IMG/VR virus record: IMGVR_UViG_3300020161_000678
Location: 1,232 to 65,231 of that record
Origin: a virus
Lineage: Duplodnaviria; Caudoviricetes
Reading direction: 5' to 3' (one strand)
DNA length: 64,000 nucleotides
In this document: one piece after another, positions 28,693 to 39,506 of the stretch
Numbering within the stretch: the stretch's first letter is position 1
Layout: every line of letters starts with the position of its first letter
Made by a program: the position numbers and the translations under genes
The notes under the pieces: model-generated
Databases searched by the model: none
Seen by the model: only the letters and a program-made list of their open reading frames with translations
Told to the model about the DNA's origin: nothing

Positions 28693-29268
28693 TTAAAGAT
28701 TATTAAAATAATTTTCTGTTAACTTTAACAGATCGACTTTGTTTGGATTGTGTCCTAAAAGTCGGCATAAAACGCTATTACTTGTCACATCTTTTTTCAA
28801 AGAGGATGCAACTGCATCCAAAATTTCTTTTGGTGCATTTAACAGCAGGTTTAACACTTCACGAACTTCTGACGGAGCTTGCTCAATCAAAATTTCAATA
28901 TACCCAACATTGTCGTCTGATAAAAGACTTTCAATATTGAACTGGTTTGAATCATCATCTAACGAATTAAATTCTGATTCCTTAACTACCGCTTGATACT
29001 TCGTATCTTTGTTTGACAAAGTAATGAAGTGTCTAGTCCAGCATGTTTTGAAACATGCCATGTATTGCTGAGGAGTGACAAGAGTAACATCTTTCTCACT
29101 CTTAATCAACCTCTTTTCTACTACAAGCAATGTAAACATTGCTTCCTGAAAAGCATCATCCCACTCCATAATGTGATGCACCTTCCAGTAGTTTGATGAT
29201 AGAAAGTTAACAACGTAACCATCAATCACCCGTTTTAAACCAGGGTCAATCCTATTTAATATTTGCAT
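28693..29268 (-). CDS. Putative ECF/sigma-70-like factor
   Basis: WDDAFQEAMFTL (region 2.2-like), YMACFKTCWTRHF (2.3/2.4-like), APSEVREVLNLL...LCRLLGHNPNKV (region 4-like). Confidence 0.45.
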   Translation of the reverse strand: MQILNRIDPGLKRVIDGYVVNFLSSNYWKVHHIMEWDDAFQEAMFTLLVVEKRLIKSEKDVTLVTPQQYMACFKTCWTRHFITLSNKDTKYQAVVKESEFNSLDDDSNQFNIESLLSDDNVGYIEILIEQAPSEVREVLNLLLNAPKEILDAVASSLKKDVTSNSVLCRLLGHNPNKVDLLKLTENYFNNL

Positions 29269-29341
29269 ATCTCACCAACTGTTCTTATCAACGTTTTGAG
29301 TTTATATTATATGTTATATATAACCGCAAAGCAAGATACTG

Positions 29342-29557
29342 TTAAACTTTATTGAATGGATATACGCCTTTAATTGCTGTTATTAAGTATTTACCTTTTG
29401 AATCTGATTTCATAAAATCACGGTAAACATCTGCTGGTACACCATCATACCTGTAAGTTGTTCCGTTCTTAAATTCAACGAATAATTCTTCCTTTTCAAA
29501 ATCAAATCCAATTGCTTCGACATTGCTTGACGAAACACTTCTCATCTGTACTGCCAT
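29342..29557 (-). CDS. KTSC-domain protein
   Basis: VSSSNVEAIGFD..LFVEFKNGTTYRYDGVP...SKGKY. Confidence 0.9.
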   Translation of the reverse strand: MAVQMRSVSSSNVEAIGFDFEKEELFVEFKNGTTYRYDGVPADVYRDFMKSDSKGKYLITAIKGVYPFNKV

Positions 29558-29571
29558 AAACACCTCTATTC

Positions 29572-29880
29572 TTATTTGGTTTTGTAACGATATTCTTGCA
29601 GAAGGCTTAGCGCCTTATCACATCTCAGTAAGGCTTCTCCTTGAAAATCAATTGGTCTTGGTATTGCATTTTTATCTACGTTCTTATCCCAAAAGTCAAA
29701 CACACAATCAGGGCTTAAAGCATACTCTACAGCCTCAAGTAACTCCTGAAGCTCTGTAACCTTTGCAGCCATCTGATCCAAATACGGCAGAGGATTCGCT
29801 ATTACCTGAGCATCTCTGATTGCTACCAGTGCGACAAGTCTGCTTAAAACATTTCTGCCTTCTTCTTTCATATGTGCCAT
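29572..29880 (-). CDS. Hypothetical protein
   Basis: 102-aa ORF. Confidence 0.5.
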   Translation of the reverse strand: MAHMKEEGRNVLSRLVALVAIRDAQVIANPLPYLDQMAAKVTELQELLEAVEYALSPDCVFDFWDKNVDKNAIPRPIDFQGEALLRCDKALSLLQEYRYKTK

Positions 29881-29991
29881 TTTAAAGCGTTAAAATTTAA
29901 GCCATACAACTACATAGCCAACATAAAAACCCAAGCTTAAAACGGCTTACAGTGACAAATACCGCTAGAGTTATCACTGTAAGCCAGCGTA

Positions 29992-32550
29992 TTATGCCGC
30001 TTCCCTTACCAACGCTTTAGCCGCATTGAGAGCTTTACCACCGATTGACTTACCCAGTTGTTGAAAAACAACTTCTGGTTGGTCAACCATTTCTTGCAAT
30101 GAATTTATACCCGCAGCTTCAAGCTTTTTAGCTCTTGCTACACCAACACCTGGCAATTTGCAAAACTCAGCCAAGCTTGCTCTAACCCCAAATTTGACAC
30201 GCAAGTTAAGCATATCTAACTCAGTTGACTTACCCCATTCCTTGAGTGAGTCGATCCAATGCAACGCACCAGTGATACGGTCAATATCTGTTTTGATAGG
30301 ACGCGCATACATATGGCTGCCTTGTTGCTCAGTGATGAGATCATACAAGTCGGCAGCTATAACGCTCTGCGTACCAGTGACTTCCTCACCTCTGATTTGT
30401 GGAACACGTTGGCTTATAGCCCAACTATATTCTGCAACCCGTGACTCCTCATTTCTTGGCACATAGTTCAACTGCCAGCTTGGAGTTGTTCCCAACGCAT
30501 ACGAAAGTGCCAAATCACTGTCCCACAAGTTGCGCTCAGTCATTCTGGTAAACATCATAGCCCAGTGATTAACGTCACGCGGATAGTAATACAGTGAAGC
30601 ACTGACTCTGCCCAATGAAGTTATCCGATACTTACCATCTTCGGTAATCACCATCATATTGAGCTTAATCAGTTCTGCAATTACCCCATTGATAAATCTA
30701 TCTTCAACTTTAACTTGCAGCGATGCCAGCGATCTAGTAAACCAGTTCATTAAAGATGGCATATCTTTAACTTCGCCATTAGCGATCTCTGCCAACACAT
30801 GGAAACCCAAGATGTCGGTGTTAATCAGTGTAGACGTAATGTTGCGTGGATTTTTAACTTTGTTAGCCCACATTTGTGGATCATCACATATTAAAAAGCA
30901 CCGACCAATATCTGACTTACCTAAACGACCAGCACGACCAGCCATCTGAATAATATCCAACTCATCAACAGGCTGCATCCCTCTGGTTGTGCCGATGATA
31001 ATTGCATTGACAGCAGATGTGTTGACACCCCATGCCAGTGTGCTTGTGGAGATCAGCACTTTCATTGAGTCCTCTTCATTGGACTTGAATGACTTTTCAA
31101 CACCACCACGATCATCCTTGCCTAAGTCGGCATTGTGGAACGCGCAATTAACACCACGATCTCTAAGCATCGTTTCCATCTGACGACCTGTGTTCTTATC
31201 ATGCACAAACACCAGCGTTTTCTCATGCTGATATTCAAGAACCAAGTCAATAGCAATAGCCAATTTAGATGCTTGTTGTTCACCATAAAATGATCCAGTG
31301 AACTGTCTAAAAAACCATTGCAACTGAGTAGGACGCCAGTTGTTGTTAATCACATTGGTTTCTTTGTCATTGAGATTAGTCAACCATACTTTGAACTCAG
31401 ATACGTTGGGCATGGTAGCTGATAACATCAAAACTCTAGCATCAGGAACCAACTTGCAAAAGCGCATCAATCCAACTTCCACAGCATGACCACGATTAGT
31501 GGAAATAATGTGAGATTCGTCAGTGATTACCAAGCCTACATCAAACAGCCAGTCTGATCTTTCAGACTTGTGGTTGCGTGTTCTGCTATCAATCATTTCC
31601 GATGTTAAACAGATCAGATCAGCTTCGTTAAGCTCTTTAGCCCGTTCTTCGGTCAACGTGTAATCACCAGTCAAAATGCAGATCTTATAATCAGCACCGA
31701 ATGACTCAGACCATTCTTCGTACTTTTCTGAAGTCAAAGACTTTAATGGCGATACATAGCACACTTTCTTTTGATGTACCTTCAAAGTTTCCCAAACGAA
31801 CAGTTCACCTGAAATTGTTTTACCAGTTGATGTGGATGTTCCAAGCACCAAGTTACAGTCTTGCTCCCAGTAACCATGTTGCAAAATAGTAGATTGCACA
31901 CGGTTGAAAGTAGCAAACGGATATTGGTAGTGAGGAAACACTGAAATTGGATACAGTGAATCCTGTTCAACCAGTGGTGTCATATCTTCAATGATACGTT
32001 CTTTTGTTGAAACCAAGTCAACCTGAGACACGCTGGTTATCGCATTGACCAATGGTCTTACTGCATTAAACTCTCTCAAAATATGAGTAGCCTTTGTGCC
32101 GCATTTTGGATACGCACCACAACCCATGAATGGTTGTCTTGTTTTTCCATTAATCCGTTCAAACTGAATCGCACCACATTTTTTGCAGAACGTAAGTTTG
32201 AGCGAATCGTTCATGACCTCCAGCACTCTGCTGGTAATGCGATCAAATACAGTGGTAGCACCTTCAGTGCGTAACACCTTTGGATAAGCTTTAGTTGCTT
32301 TACCAGAAATGGTATCGTACATCACCACTCTTATTGCATCTTCACCGATATCTCGGCTAACACCATCAGGATTGATAGTGGTGTAAACGTGAAGCTCTAA
32401 TGAGCTTTTTGATTTTGTAGGAGCGCAGATAACTAACTCAGCTCCTGAATTTGGTTGCATGATCTTCCATGATTTAAAACCGTTCTCTACCGTTAACGTT
32501 GCGGTTGCCCACGCTTCGGCTTGTTCTCTTGTGATTGTTACGAATGACAT
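29992..32550 (-). CDS. Ski2/Hel308-like DExH helicase with N-terminal topoisomerase-type Zn ribbon and C-terminal HhH
   Basis: CKKCG...FMGCGAYPKC; TSTGKT, DESH, LSAT, STSTLAWGVN, QMAGRAGR; LPGVGVARA. Confidence 0.9.
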   Translation of the reverse strand: MSFVTITREQAEAWATATLTVENGFKSWKIMQPNSGAELVICAPTKSKSSLELHVYTTINPDGVSRDIGEDAIRVVMYDTISGKATKAYPKVLRTEGATTVFDRITSRVLEVMNDSLKLTFCKKCGAIQFERINGKTRQPFMGCGAYPKCGTKATHILREFNAVRPLVNAITSVSQVDLVSTKERIIEDMTPLVEQDSLYPISVFPHYQYPFATFNRVQSTILQHGYWEQDCNLVLGTSTSTGKTISGELFVWETLKVHQKKVCYVSPLKSLTSEKYEEWSESFGADYKICILTGDYTLTEERAKELNEADLICLTSEMIDSRTRNHKSERSDWLFDVGLVITDESHIISTNRGHAVEVGLMRFCKLVPDARVLMLSATMPNVSEFKVWLTNLNDKETNVINNNWRPTQLQWFFRQFTGSFYGEQQASKLAIAIDLVLEYQHEKTLVFVHDKNTGRQMETMLRDRGVNCAFHNADLGKDDRGGVEKSFKSNEEDSMKVLISTSTLAWGVNTSAVNAIIIGTTRGMQPVDELDIIQMAGRAGRLGKSDIGRCFLICDDPQMWANKVKNPRNITSTLINTDILGFHVLAEIANGEVKDMPSLMNWFTRSLASLQVKVEDRFINGVIAELIKLNMMVITEDGKYRITSLGRVSASLYYYPRDVNHWAMMFTRMTERNLWDSDLALSYALGTTPSWQLNYVPRNEESRVAEYSWAISQRVPQIRGEEVTGTQSVIAADLYDLITEQQGSHMYARPIKTDIDRITGALHWIDSLKEWGKSTELDMLNLRVKFGVRASLAEFCKLPGVGVARAKKLEAAGINSLQEMVDQPEVVFQQLGKSIGGKALNAAKALVREAA

Positions 32551-32634
32551 TTTATTAACTCCAATAAGTGCTTATCAACATGGTTATTATATAAAATAAG
32601 TAATGGTAAAAACAGACTCAACTTAAAATTTATT

Positions 32635-32898
32635 TCATAGTGTCTCCAAAAGTTTGAGTATCACATCTCCATGACAGGGGTGAGGCTTACACCAGCATCC
32701 CAGTATCTTGCCATGCAAGGAAGGCAGCTTCTTTCTCAAGTGTGCTGCTTCAGGAGAAGAAGTTAACCAAGTTTCGTATTTTTGGATAACTTCTTCTCGT
32801 GTCCCGTCTTTACCAATCTCAAACGGATTTCCCCATGGGCCAGGCCGTCCAATGTAAATATCGTATCGTGATCTTTTACAGTGAACGACCTTGCTCAT
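32635..32898 (-). CDS. DUF4326 protein
   Basis: YIGRPGPWGNPF.IG.DGTREEVI.KY...L.GK.LGCWCKP.PCHGDV. Confidence 0.9.
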   Translation of the reverse strand: MSKVVHCKRSRYDIYIGRPGPWGNPFEIGKDGTREEVIQKYETWLTSSPEAAHLRKKLPSLHGKILGCWCKPHPCHGDVILKLLETL

Positions 32899-32901
32899 AA
32901 C

Positions 32902-33907
32902 TTATACCTTTTCTTTCAGTGGCGGAGTTTTCTTTGGTTCACCCCAAAGCAGCACCTTTTTATCATCAATATCAAGTGTGATCTTGTTTAATGATTTATC
33001 ATCAAGATATGCGCCAGTTGGAATAAATACTTCATAATCTTCTGGTAGCGGCTTTAACAGAGATATAAGATCTTTAAGCTTCATAAATACTCCTCATGAA
33101 CAAATACAGTCTTTGCCAAGCGAACTTTCTCCTTGCGTGGCAAAGCATCAAACTCAGACCAATCAATGTGAGGATTGAAAGTTTTTAATCGGTCAGCATC
33201 AAGAACAAGTTCGATAACCTCACTCTGTGAAATTGTGGGTATACCGCTTTCATCAAACGCTGCATCTATGTAATCAGATACACATGCTTGAAAAACTGCC
33301 CACATTCCAGCAACCTGTTCACTCGTCAACACTTTCATCACGATACCTTTAAATGGTTAATTTTGGTTATAACGAACGGAAAGTCATCCCCATGTTTTCT
33401 TTTCCACTCATCGTATTCTCTTTTATGAACCATACAGCAGTAATGTTCTGTCAACATTTGACCTTCATTGCTTACTCTAATTTCATAAAAGTTGTTGTTT
33501 ATTTCCGACTCATCAGGAGGCGATGATGGAAACACTTCCATCAATCTGCCAGCATGTTTTTTGTAGAAGTGTTCACGGTACTTAGCCAGTGACACATCTA
33601 CTGACGGTAGTATCTCAACTCCCAACATGGTTTCAATTATTTCAGGGTAGTAGTTATAAAGAGTTTTTATAACTACTTCTGAAATGTGGCGTCTGTAATG
33701 GTGAAAAAACCACCGCATTACATGAAGGTGCTTCTTAAAACAATAAATTCCGTCTGACGTTTTGTTAAACGGAACCATGTCATTCAGACCAGGCGCCAGC
33801 TTAAATCTTTTGTGGATGCCTTGTTTATCCGACACCACCAGCAATTGAAACAGAGCACGTTCGTTTGGGTAAACTTTCACTTGTTTCTTTTGCCATGATT
33901 TAAGCAT
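32902..33907 (-). other. Three hypothetical proteins (32902-33084, 33081-33341, 33338 to about 33907)
   Basis: Tightly overlapping ORFs; start of the last is uncertain. Confidence 0.5.
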
Positions 33908-34853
33908 CAGCATCAGCCTCCGCTTTCTTTGCTTTCTTTGCTTTCGGCTTTTCAACTTTTGGTTCTTCAACCTTAATAGCTGATTTACCAGCATTAACAG
34001 CAATAGGAGCTTTCTCACGCTCACTGTCGATACGTCCTTTAACTTTAGCGTGGAAGTCTTCCATTTCAGTGAAAGCAAGATCAGCTACCGCTTGGAAGCA
34101 GCCAGCGATAAACGCTTCTTTAACCATAGGATCTTCATTATCCATGTAACGTGCTTCAAAACCTTTTGGCTCAACTTCATACAGACTCAAGCTCAAGAAC
34201 ATTGAGTGAATGACACCCCACTGTTCTTTGTTGAAACGTCCTTGAAGCAACTCTCTATTGATTACACCAGTTTCACCATCTCTGGCACGTTGGATAATTT
34301 CTTTTTGCTTCTCTTTATCCCCATGCGATTTGCGAACGATTGCCAATGCTTCTTGAGTTTTGATCTCACCGCTTTGCATTGCCTCTTTCACCTCGTCATC
34401 TGCACTGAGCAAGCATAAGCGATCAGATACATGACTCAAAGATCTACCAATTTTATTGGCAATTTGTGCCTGATTCCAACCAAAATCATCACGAAGCTTC
34501 TGAAGCATCACAGCTTCTTCAAGCGGTAAGAACGGCTTACCATTGTTAGCGATAACCATATCCGCCAGAATGTCTTCTTCATTCTCTGTTGACGGAATAA
34601 CTGTTGTTAAAAAGTCAGGCACATGACCTCTTTCAATCAAGGCCATGCAAGCTTTGTGTCTACGGTGTCCGTTAACCAAGTAGTAAACACCGTCTTTTTC
34701 TTGAACTTTAGCAGGTTCACGCATACCATTAACACGAATAGACTCGGCAAGTTCGTCGATATTGCCATAATCAAATCTTGTGTTTCTTCCTTCAACAACT
34801 ATAATGTTTCGTGGATCTACTGTTACTAACGTCACGTCTACGGGCTGGTACAT
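33900..34853 (-). CDS. Second ParB-like protein
   Basis: NTRFDYG, GMREP, LVNGHRRHKA, ANNGKPFLPLEEA, IANKIGRSLSHVS HTH. Start moved to MYQPV. Confidence 0.8.
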   Translation of the reverse strand: MYQPVDVTLVTVDPRNIIVVEGRNTRFDYGNIDELAESIRVNGMREPAKVQEKDGVYYLVNGHRRHKACMALIERGHVPDFLTTVIPSTENEEDILADMVIANNGKPFLPLEEAVMLQKLRDDFGWNQAQIANKIGRSLSHVSDRLCLLSADDEVKEAMQSGEIKTQEALAIVRKSHGDKEKQKEIIQRARDGETGVINRELLQGRFNKEQWGVIHSMFLSLSLYEVEPKGFEARYMDNEDPMVKEAFIAGCFQAVADLAFTEMEDFHAKVKGRIDSEREKAPIAVNAGKSAIKVEEPKVEKPKAKKAKKAEADADA

Positions 34854-34866
34854 TTTTGTTCTCCGA

Positions 34867-37578
34867 TTAAGGTCTGTAAGATTCATAGCGACGAATCGCT
34901 GATGTTCCGTTGCTATGCTTTTGTTCCATGTTTTGAAACAATTGCTTTATATCGAGTTCACTCATACCCGAGGTAATAAGCGCATTATAGAATAAAGTTA
35001 CATCACAATCTTCTTCTAAATATGCAAAGTCACCTTTCATATAAGAGTAAGATGTAACATCGTTGTGAATGTTCAACTTTTCCAGTAAGTCCTTTTTGAC
35101 TTTTAGCCATCCATGACCGGGATCACTGAAAAAGGTGAACTCACTTGGTTTTAAAGTGAGTTCTACCATTGTTAACTCCTAGCGGCTAAATTTATAGTGG
35201 TCAAGGCAAAGCACTTGATATGTATCTTTGTCGGCATACTTTGAAAACACTTTATCAAGAATGCACGTTTTATACATGAAAGAACCAGGCTGTAAGTTTT
35301 CAGCATCCTTTTTCAACTGTGCGGCTTCCTTTTGTGGTACGTCACGCATTACTTTGCTAAAGAGAGCGTTCAACGCTTCCCCTGCTTGTTTTTTGGTCAT
35401 GCAATAAGCTGGGCGTGCTGGTGGACCATACGCACGTTTTTCGGTAGGCGCTCTTTCTGAGCGCAATATGGTATTGAAAACAATTACATCATGTTGCAAG
35501 ATAAAACCACTCATAAACATACTCCTTTTTATTAACATTCAACAAGTTAAAACAAATTGCTTTAACGGTTGACATTATATAAAAAGTAGCAAGCCAATCA
35601 TAGAGTAATTCAAATTATTTTATTAATTTAATTAGTCGTGAACCGTCATCGCCTACCTGAGTATGGATGCGGACGTGATACTGCCTGTGATCTGCTTTAT
35701 GGATCACTATTCTAGCGCAGTCGTAATGGAGGTTGAGATTCATTAGAGTTTCGGTAACTTCTGAGTCCACGCACCAGAGCATTTCTAACTCATCCCCAGG
35801 TTCAATCTGGGACAGGATGGAAAGCCATTCGATGTTTAAGGTGGCAGGTTTAAAGATGAAGTGACCTTTAGCTCTTTTAAAGCCAGATGGTACTCTTTCT
35901 ATTATTTCTGATAACAGATAGAACATGTATTCTCTGTTCGCACCTTTTTCAGTTTTGTAAGAAGTATTGACTTTGGTCTTGTTTTTGCTTAGTATGGAAA
36001 ACGCTACGAAATCTGCACGTTTTAAATTAAGAATATCTAGGTCACTAAGAAATACTCTAGTGCCACTACAAAAAGAATTGCTAACAATAGGAGTAGACAT
36101 GTGCGAAGTCGGATCAGGGTATGAAGGGGATGTAGATTGGTTTGATGCCAAGTGTGAGGAGTTTAATATTCCAATCCAGAATGAAGATATTCTTTTTCAG
36201 TTTTCAAAGAAAGTTCAATGGGTCTGTGCTAAACAAGAACGCCAAGAAACGGAGAAAGCACGAATCTTGGCGTTTAAAGATTTCTTAGAGAAATGCTATC
36301 CAGCTATTGCATCAAGGTTAGTTTGATACAAATCTTCAAAGGCATTAAGTGTTTCCCGTGTTCCAAATGTTTTTGGATCATTGACTATCTTAATGCCTGA
36401 TTCAAACATGTTCGCCAATTTGGAAGTTACGAATTCCGTACCACCAGCAAAGAAAACATCTATATCAATAGCAGCCTTATCTGCTAAGAACTGTCTGGTT
36501 GAATATGCCATATCAAGGCATTTTTCCAATGTTTGTTTACCTTGCAAAACGGATCGTATTTTCGCACCATTTTCTGGGTTACGAAACTCTACTGCAAACA
36601 TGCAGTCGTCTTGAATCTGTTTGCCTTCATGCTGTTCATATGCAGCATAAAAATCTGTCACTACTTTGCTATTACTGTTCATAAACCTACTCTCATTCAC
36701 GTTTTAAATAAACCCATTCAATTGCATCGGGTTGTTGCTTTGCTTCTTTAGTGGAGATGATCTTTATCCCGCCAACATTGTTGAACAGGTAAAAAGTGCC
36801 ATTCACATTCAAGTGTCCTATATAAAAAACTCGTCTGTAAATGGCTAAGATTGCTCCACTTTTCTGTTTATCTTCCGGTATCTCAGGAAACTCCTGAAGA
36901 GTGGAAGTAAAATCAAATGACCTTGTCTTCATATCGTTCCTTTTTAACAGGTACGTCAAATTTCATTTGAACTATACCTTGTTCCAGTTGCTTGCTTGCT
37001 GTTAAGAAAAACAAAGAGCTGTTGTTGGCAGCTCTTGCATTTACTTGCTTGGTCTTGTTTACCAATTCTACTATGTTGCTCATGACACTCTATCCTGAAT
37101 CAATTGAAAAGTCAGTTTGTGAGAAGTTACTCTCAACAAATATTTTAGGATAACAGTAAAACATCCTAGTCTCCTCATTTCTTAAAACGTAGCGATCTTC
37201 TCCATCTTTAGTGAAGAACGTTCCCGGTTCATAAATGACCGTGAAGTTATCTCTACCTACTTCCGAATCATGGCTAATCTTTGAATTCCTTTTAAAAGAA
37301 TTAACGTAATTCTTCTTTGGTTTAAAATATCTGGCTTTAGGACCACATCTCCAAGGCTGTCTACCAGACCGTTCTCTTGCACAAAACAACAATTCCTTAT
37401 TAAAAATAGGGAAGTGATCTTCTGGTGAATAATCTACCAGGATTTTTTCTCTAATGCAATTACCATCGGAAAAAAAGTTACAAGTGTAACAACTCTTTCC
37501 GTCTGACGTTACATCAGTTAGTATTTTTGGATAACAGTTCATATCTGTCCACAATAATTTTAACAATGTCGTCCACAA
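34867..37578 (-). other. Six hypothetical proteins
   Basis: ORFs 34867-35169 (SDPGHGWL..EEDCD motif), 35179-35538, 35615-36151, 36296-36700, 36693-36959, 37090-37578. Confidence 0.5.
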
Positions 37579-38086
37579 CTTCGTAAAGCTGTCTGTTATT
37601 GTTCACAACATATTCACAATCATCTGGCTGAAGATCGTTTTCTGATTTGTGAGTGTCTAACACCGCAACATCTAAATTGCGTTGTAAATAGAACGTTAAG
37701 CCAGGATTCTGTTGTTTGACGAAACCAAGCTCATCCGCAAACCTTAAATCATCTATGATGATACTCAGGTTATTTTTAACATACCGTTCGTTGACCAACA
37801 TAGCCCAAAAGTCTTTTTGTATCTGGTCACGACCCCATTCAGTGCCAAGTGTCTGATAAAACTGTCTCAATGTTTTATCAGTAAACAAGAACTTGTCATT
37901 CTTACCACACGAAAAATCTGTTTTCGTGTAGTCAGACAGCACTTGAACCATCTGTTTAATTGGGGTGGCAAATGATACCACCGGCAAGGTTAAATTGTAT
38001 CTGTATTGCAACGCATCTCGTACTAAAGATGCCACCGTCGATTTACCAGATCCCGCTTTACCTGCAAATGCAACTATCATACTCAT
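37514..38086 (-). CDS. Deoxynucleoside monophosphate kinase (T4 gp1-like)
   Basis: FAGKAGSGKST, SFATPIK, RQFYQTLGTEWGR, IIDDLRFADE. Confidence 0.85.
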   Translation of the reverse strand: MSMIVAFAGKAGSGKSTVASLVRDALQYRYNLTLPVVSFATPIKQMVQVLSDYTKTDFSCGKNDKFLFTDKTLRQFYQTLGTEWGRDQIQKDFWAMLVNERYVKNNLSIIIDDLRFADELGFVKQQNPGLTFYLQRNLDVAVLDTHKSENDLQPDDCEYVVNNNRQLYEVVDDIVKIIVDRYELLSKNTN

Positions 38087-39506
38087 CTGAATACCTTCCT
38101 TATCTCATTAATTTTAAAAGTAATACGACCCTTCCAACCCTCATAAACTTTAGGACAGATAACAATTTCATGACCTAAATAGCAATCCGCTTGCAAAGTT
38201 ACAGCACCATCTAAATGTACTGCTCCAAACGCATGTTCTTCAACCACATAGTTGAAAACAAATTCTCTTGTAATACTCTCAGGAAACAGTGCTTCCAATA
38301 TGAGAACTGTTTGAACACCGTTCTCTTTTAGAAGTGCAGCTACTTCCTTTATCTGTTCAGAATACTCACCTAGTATTCTGTCAGTAGTAAATATTGCGTA
38401 AATCATACCTTGTCTCCACCATTACATTAAGCATTGTTTTCTCGTTGTGCTTCAAATATAGCTAATTATATATATTATCAATCACACAAACAAGACTCAT
38501 TTAACAATTGTAGTTACCACTAAACAATGCTTAAAGATATAGTCAAAATTGGCAAGAATCCGGCTGTTTTAGCGGCTTTGATTGTAAAGCCATGCCATTA
38601 CACCAGTATTGAAATAAGCCCGCTTAAAACGGCTTACAGTGAGGGTGAAGGTAATCTGGTCAGGAGTTGCACCTGACTTGCGATCTTGGCAAAATGGTTA
38701 GTTATCGCCTCAACAACCTGCGCTACACTGAGTTCTCACCACAAGAACATAAGCAAGCTCGGCTACCAGTCTGTTTCACTGTCAACAGCGCAGACTACCT
38801 TCAAATCAAAAACTACTTAAACGCTTTAGGCAACGGCATTGGCAGAGTATCGTCACATTTACCATCAGTAAACCGCTTCTGAAAGTCTGCCGTTGTTGCA
38901 CAAGCAATTGTAGACGAGACCGTCGAACACTTTAACTCTACAATCTTTTCACCGCTATCATTAATCAGATCAATCGTAGCCCACCCGTCACCTTGAGGAC
39001 ATGTGTCCTTTATTGACGAATCACCTCTAGCCTTGATTTTTAGATCAGGGTTATAAGTGTTTCTGTAGATAGTAGCGTTGAAAGATGAATTGTCAATCGC
39101 CGTCTGTCGTTGTGCTTCCAATGTTTCAAACGAAACCTTCGGTTGCTCTTGGCAGCCTGAGCATAATGCTGCTATCGTCAATACTACCACAATAGGACTT
39201 AAGAACATTTTTTTCATACTAACCTCATAACATTGCTTTTAGATTAAAGTGAAAGGAGGCATTATCCACGATAAAGACTTTATGGCCTGCAAATGTTATT
39301 GGGCCATTGTTCTCCGCTTGCATAATGTCTCCGAACTGCCGCTGGCATTCTAGAGTTAATGCCTCATTTTTCAACTCCTTGTAAGAGGATCTGTCTAAGT
39401 AAATAAAGAACGGAACATCTGTTCTTTGTGTACTTTTACAGACCTCATCAGTCTCATGCCAAAGCCTTTCAAATACGGTTCTGACTGTCAACATCTTAGC
39501 CACCAC
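38083..39506 (-). other. Hypothetical proteins, including a putative lipoprotein (38813-39217)
   Basis: 38813-39217 has a signal-peptide-like N-terminus with lipobox-like LCSGC and paired cysteines. Confidence 0.5.

Noticed and set aside
33908-34078. N-terminal extension of ORF 33338-34078
   Set aside because: Alternate-frame read-through over the ParB-like gene's Lys/Ala-rich end.
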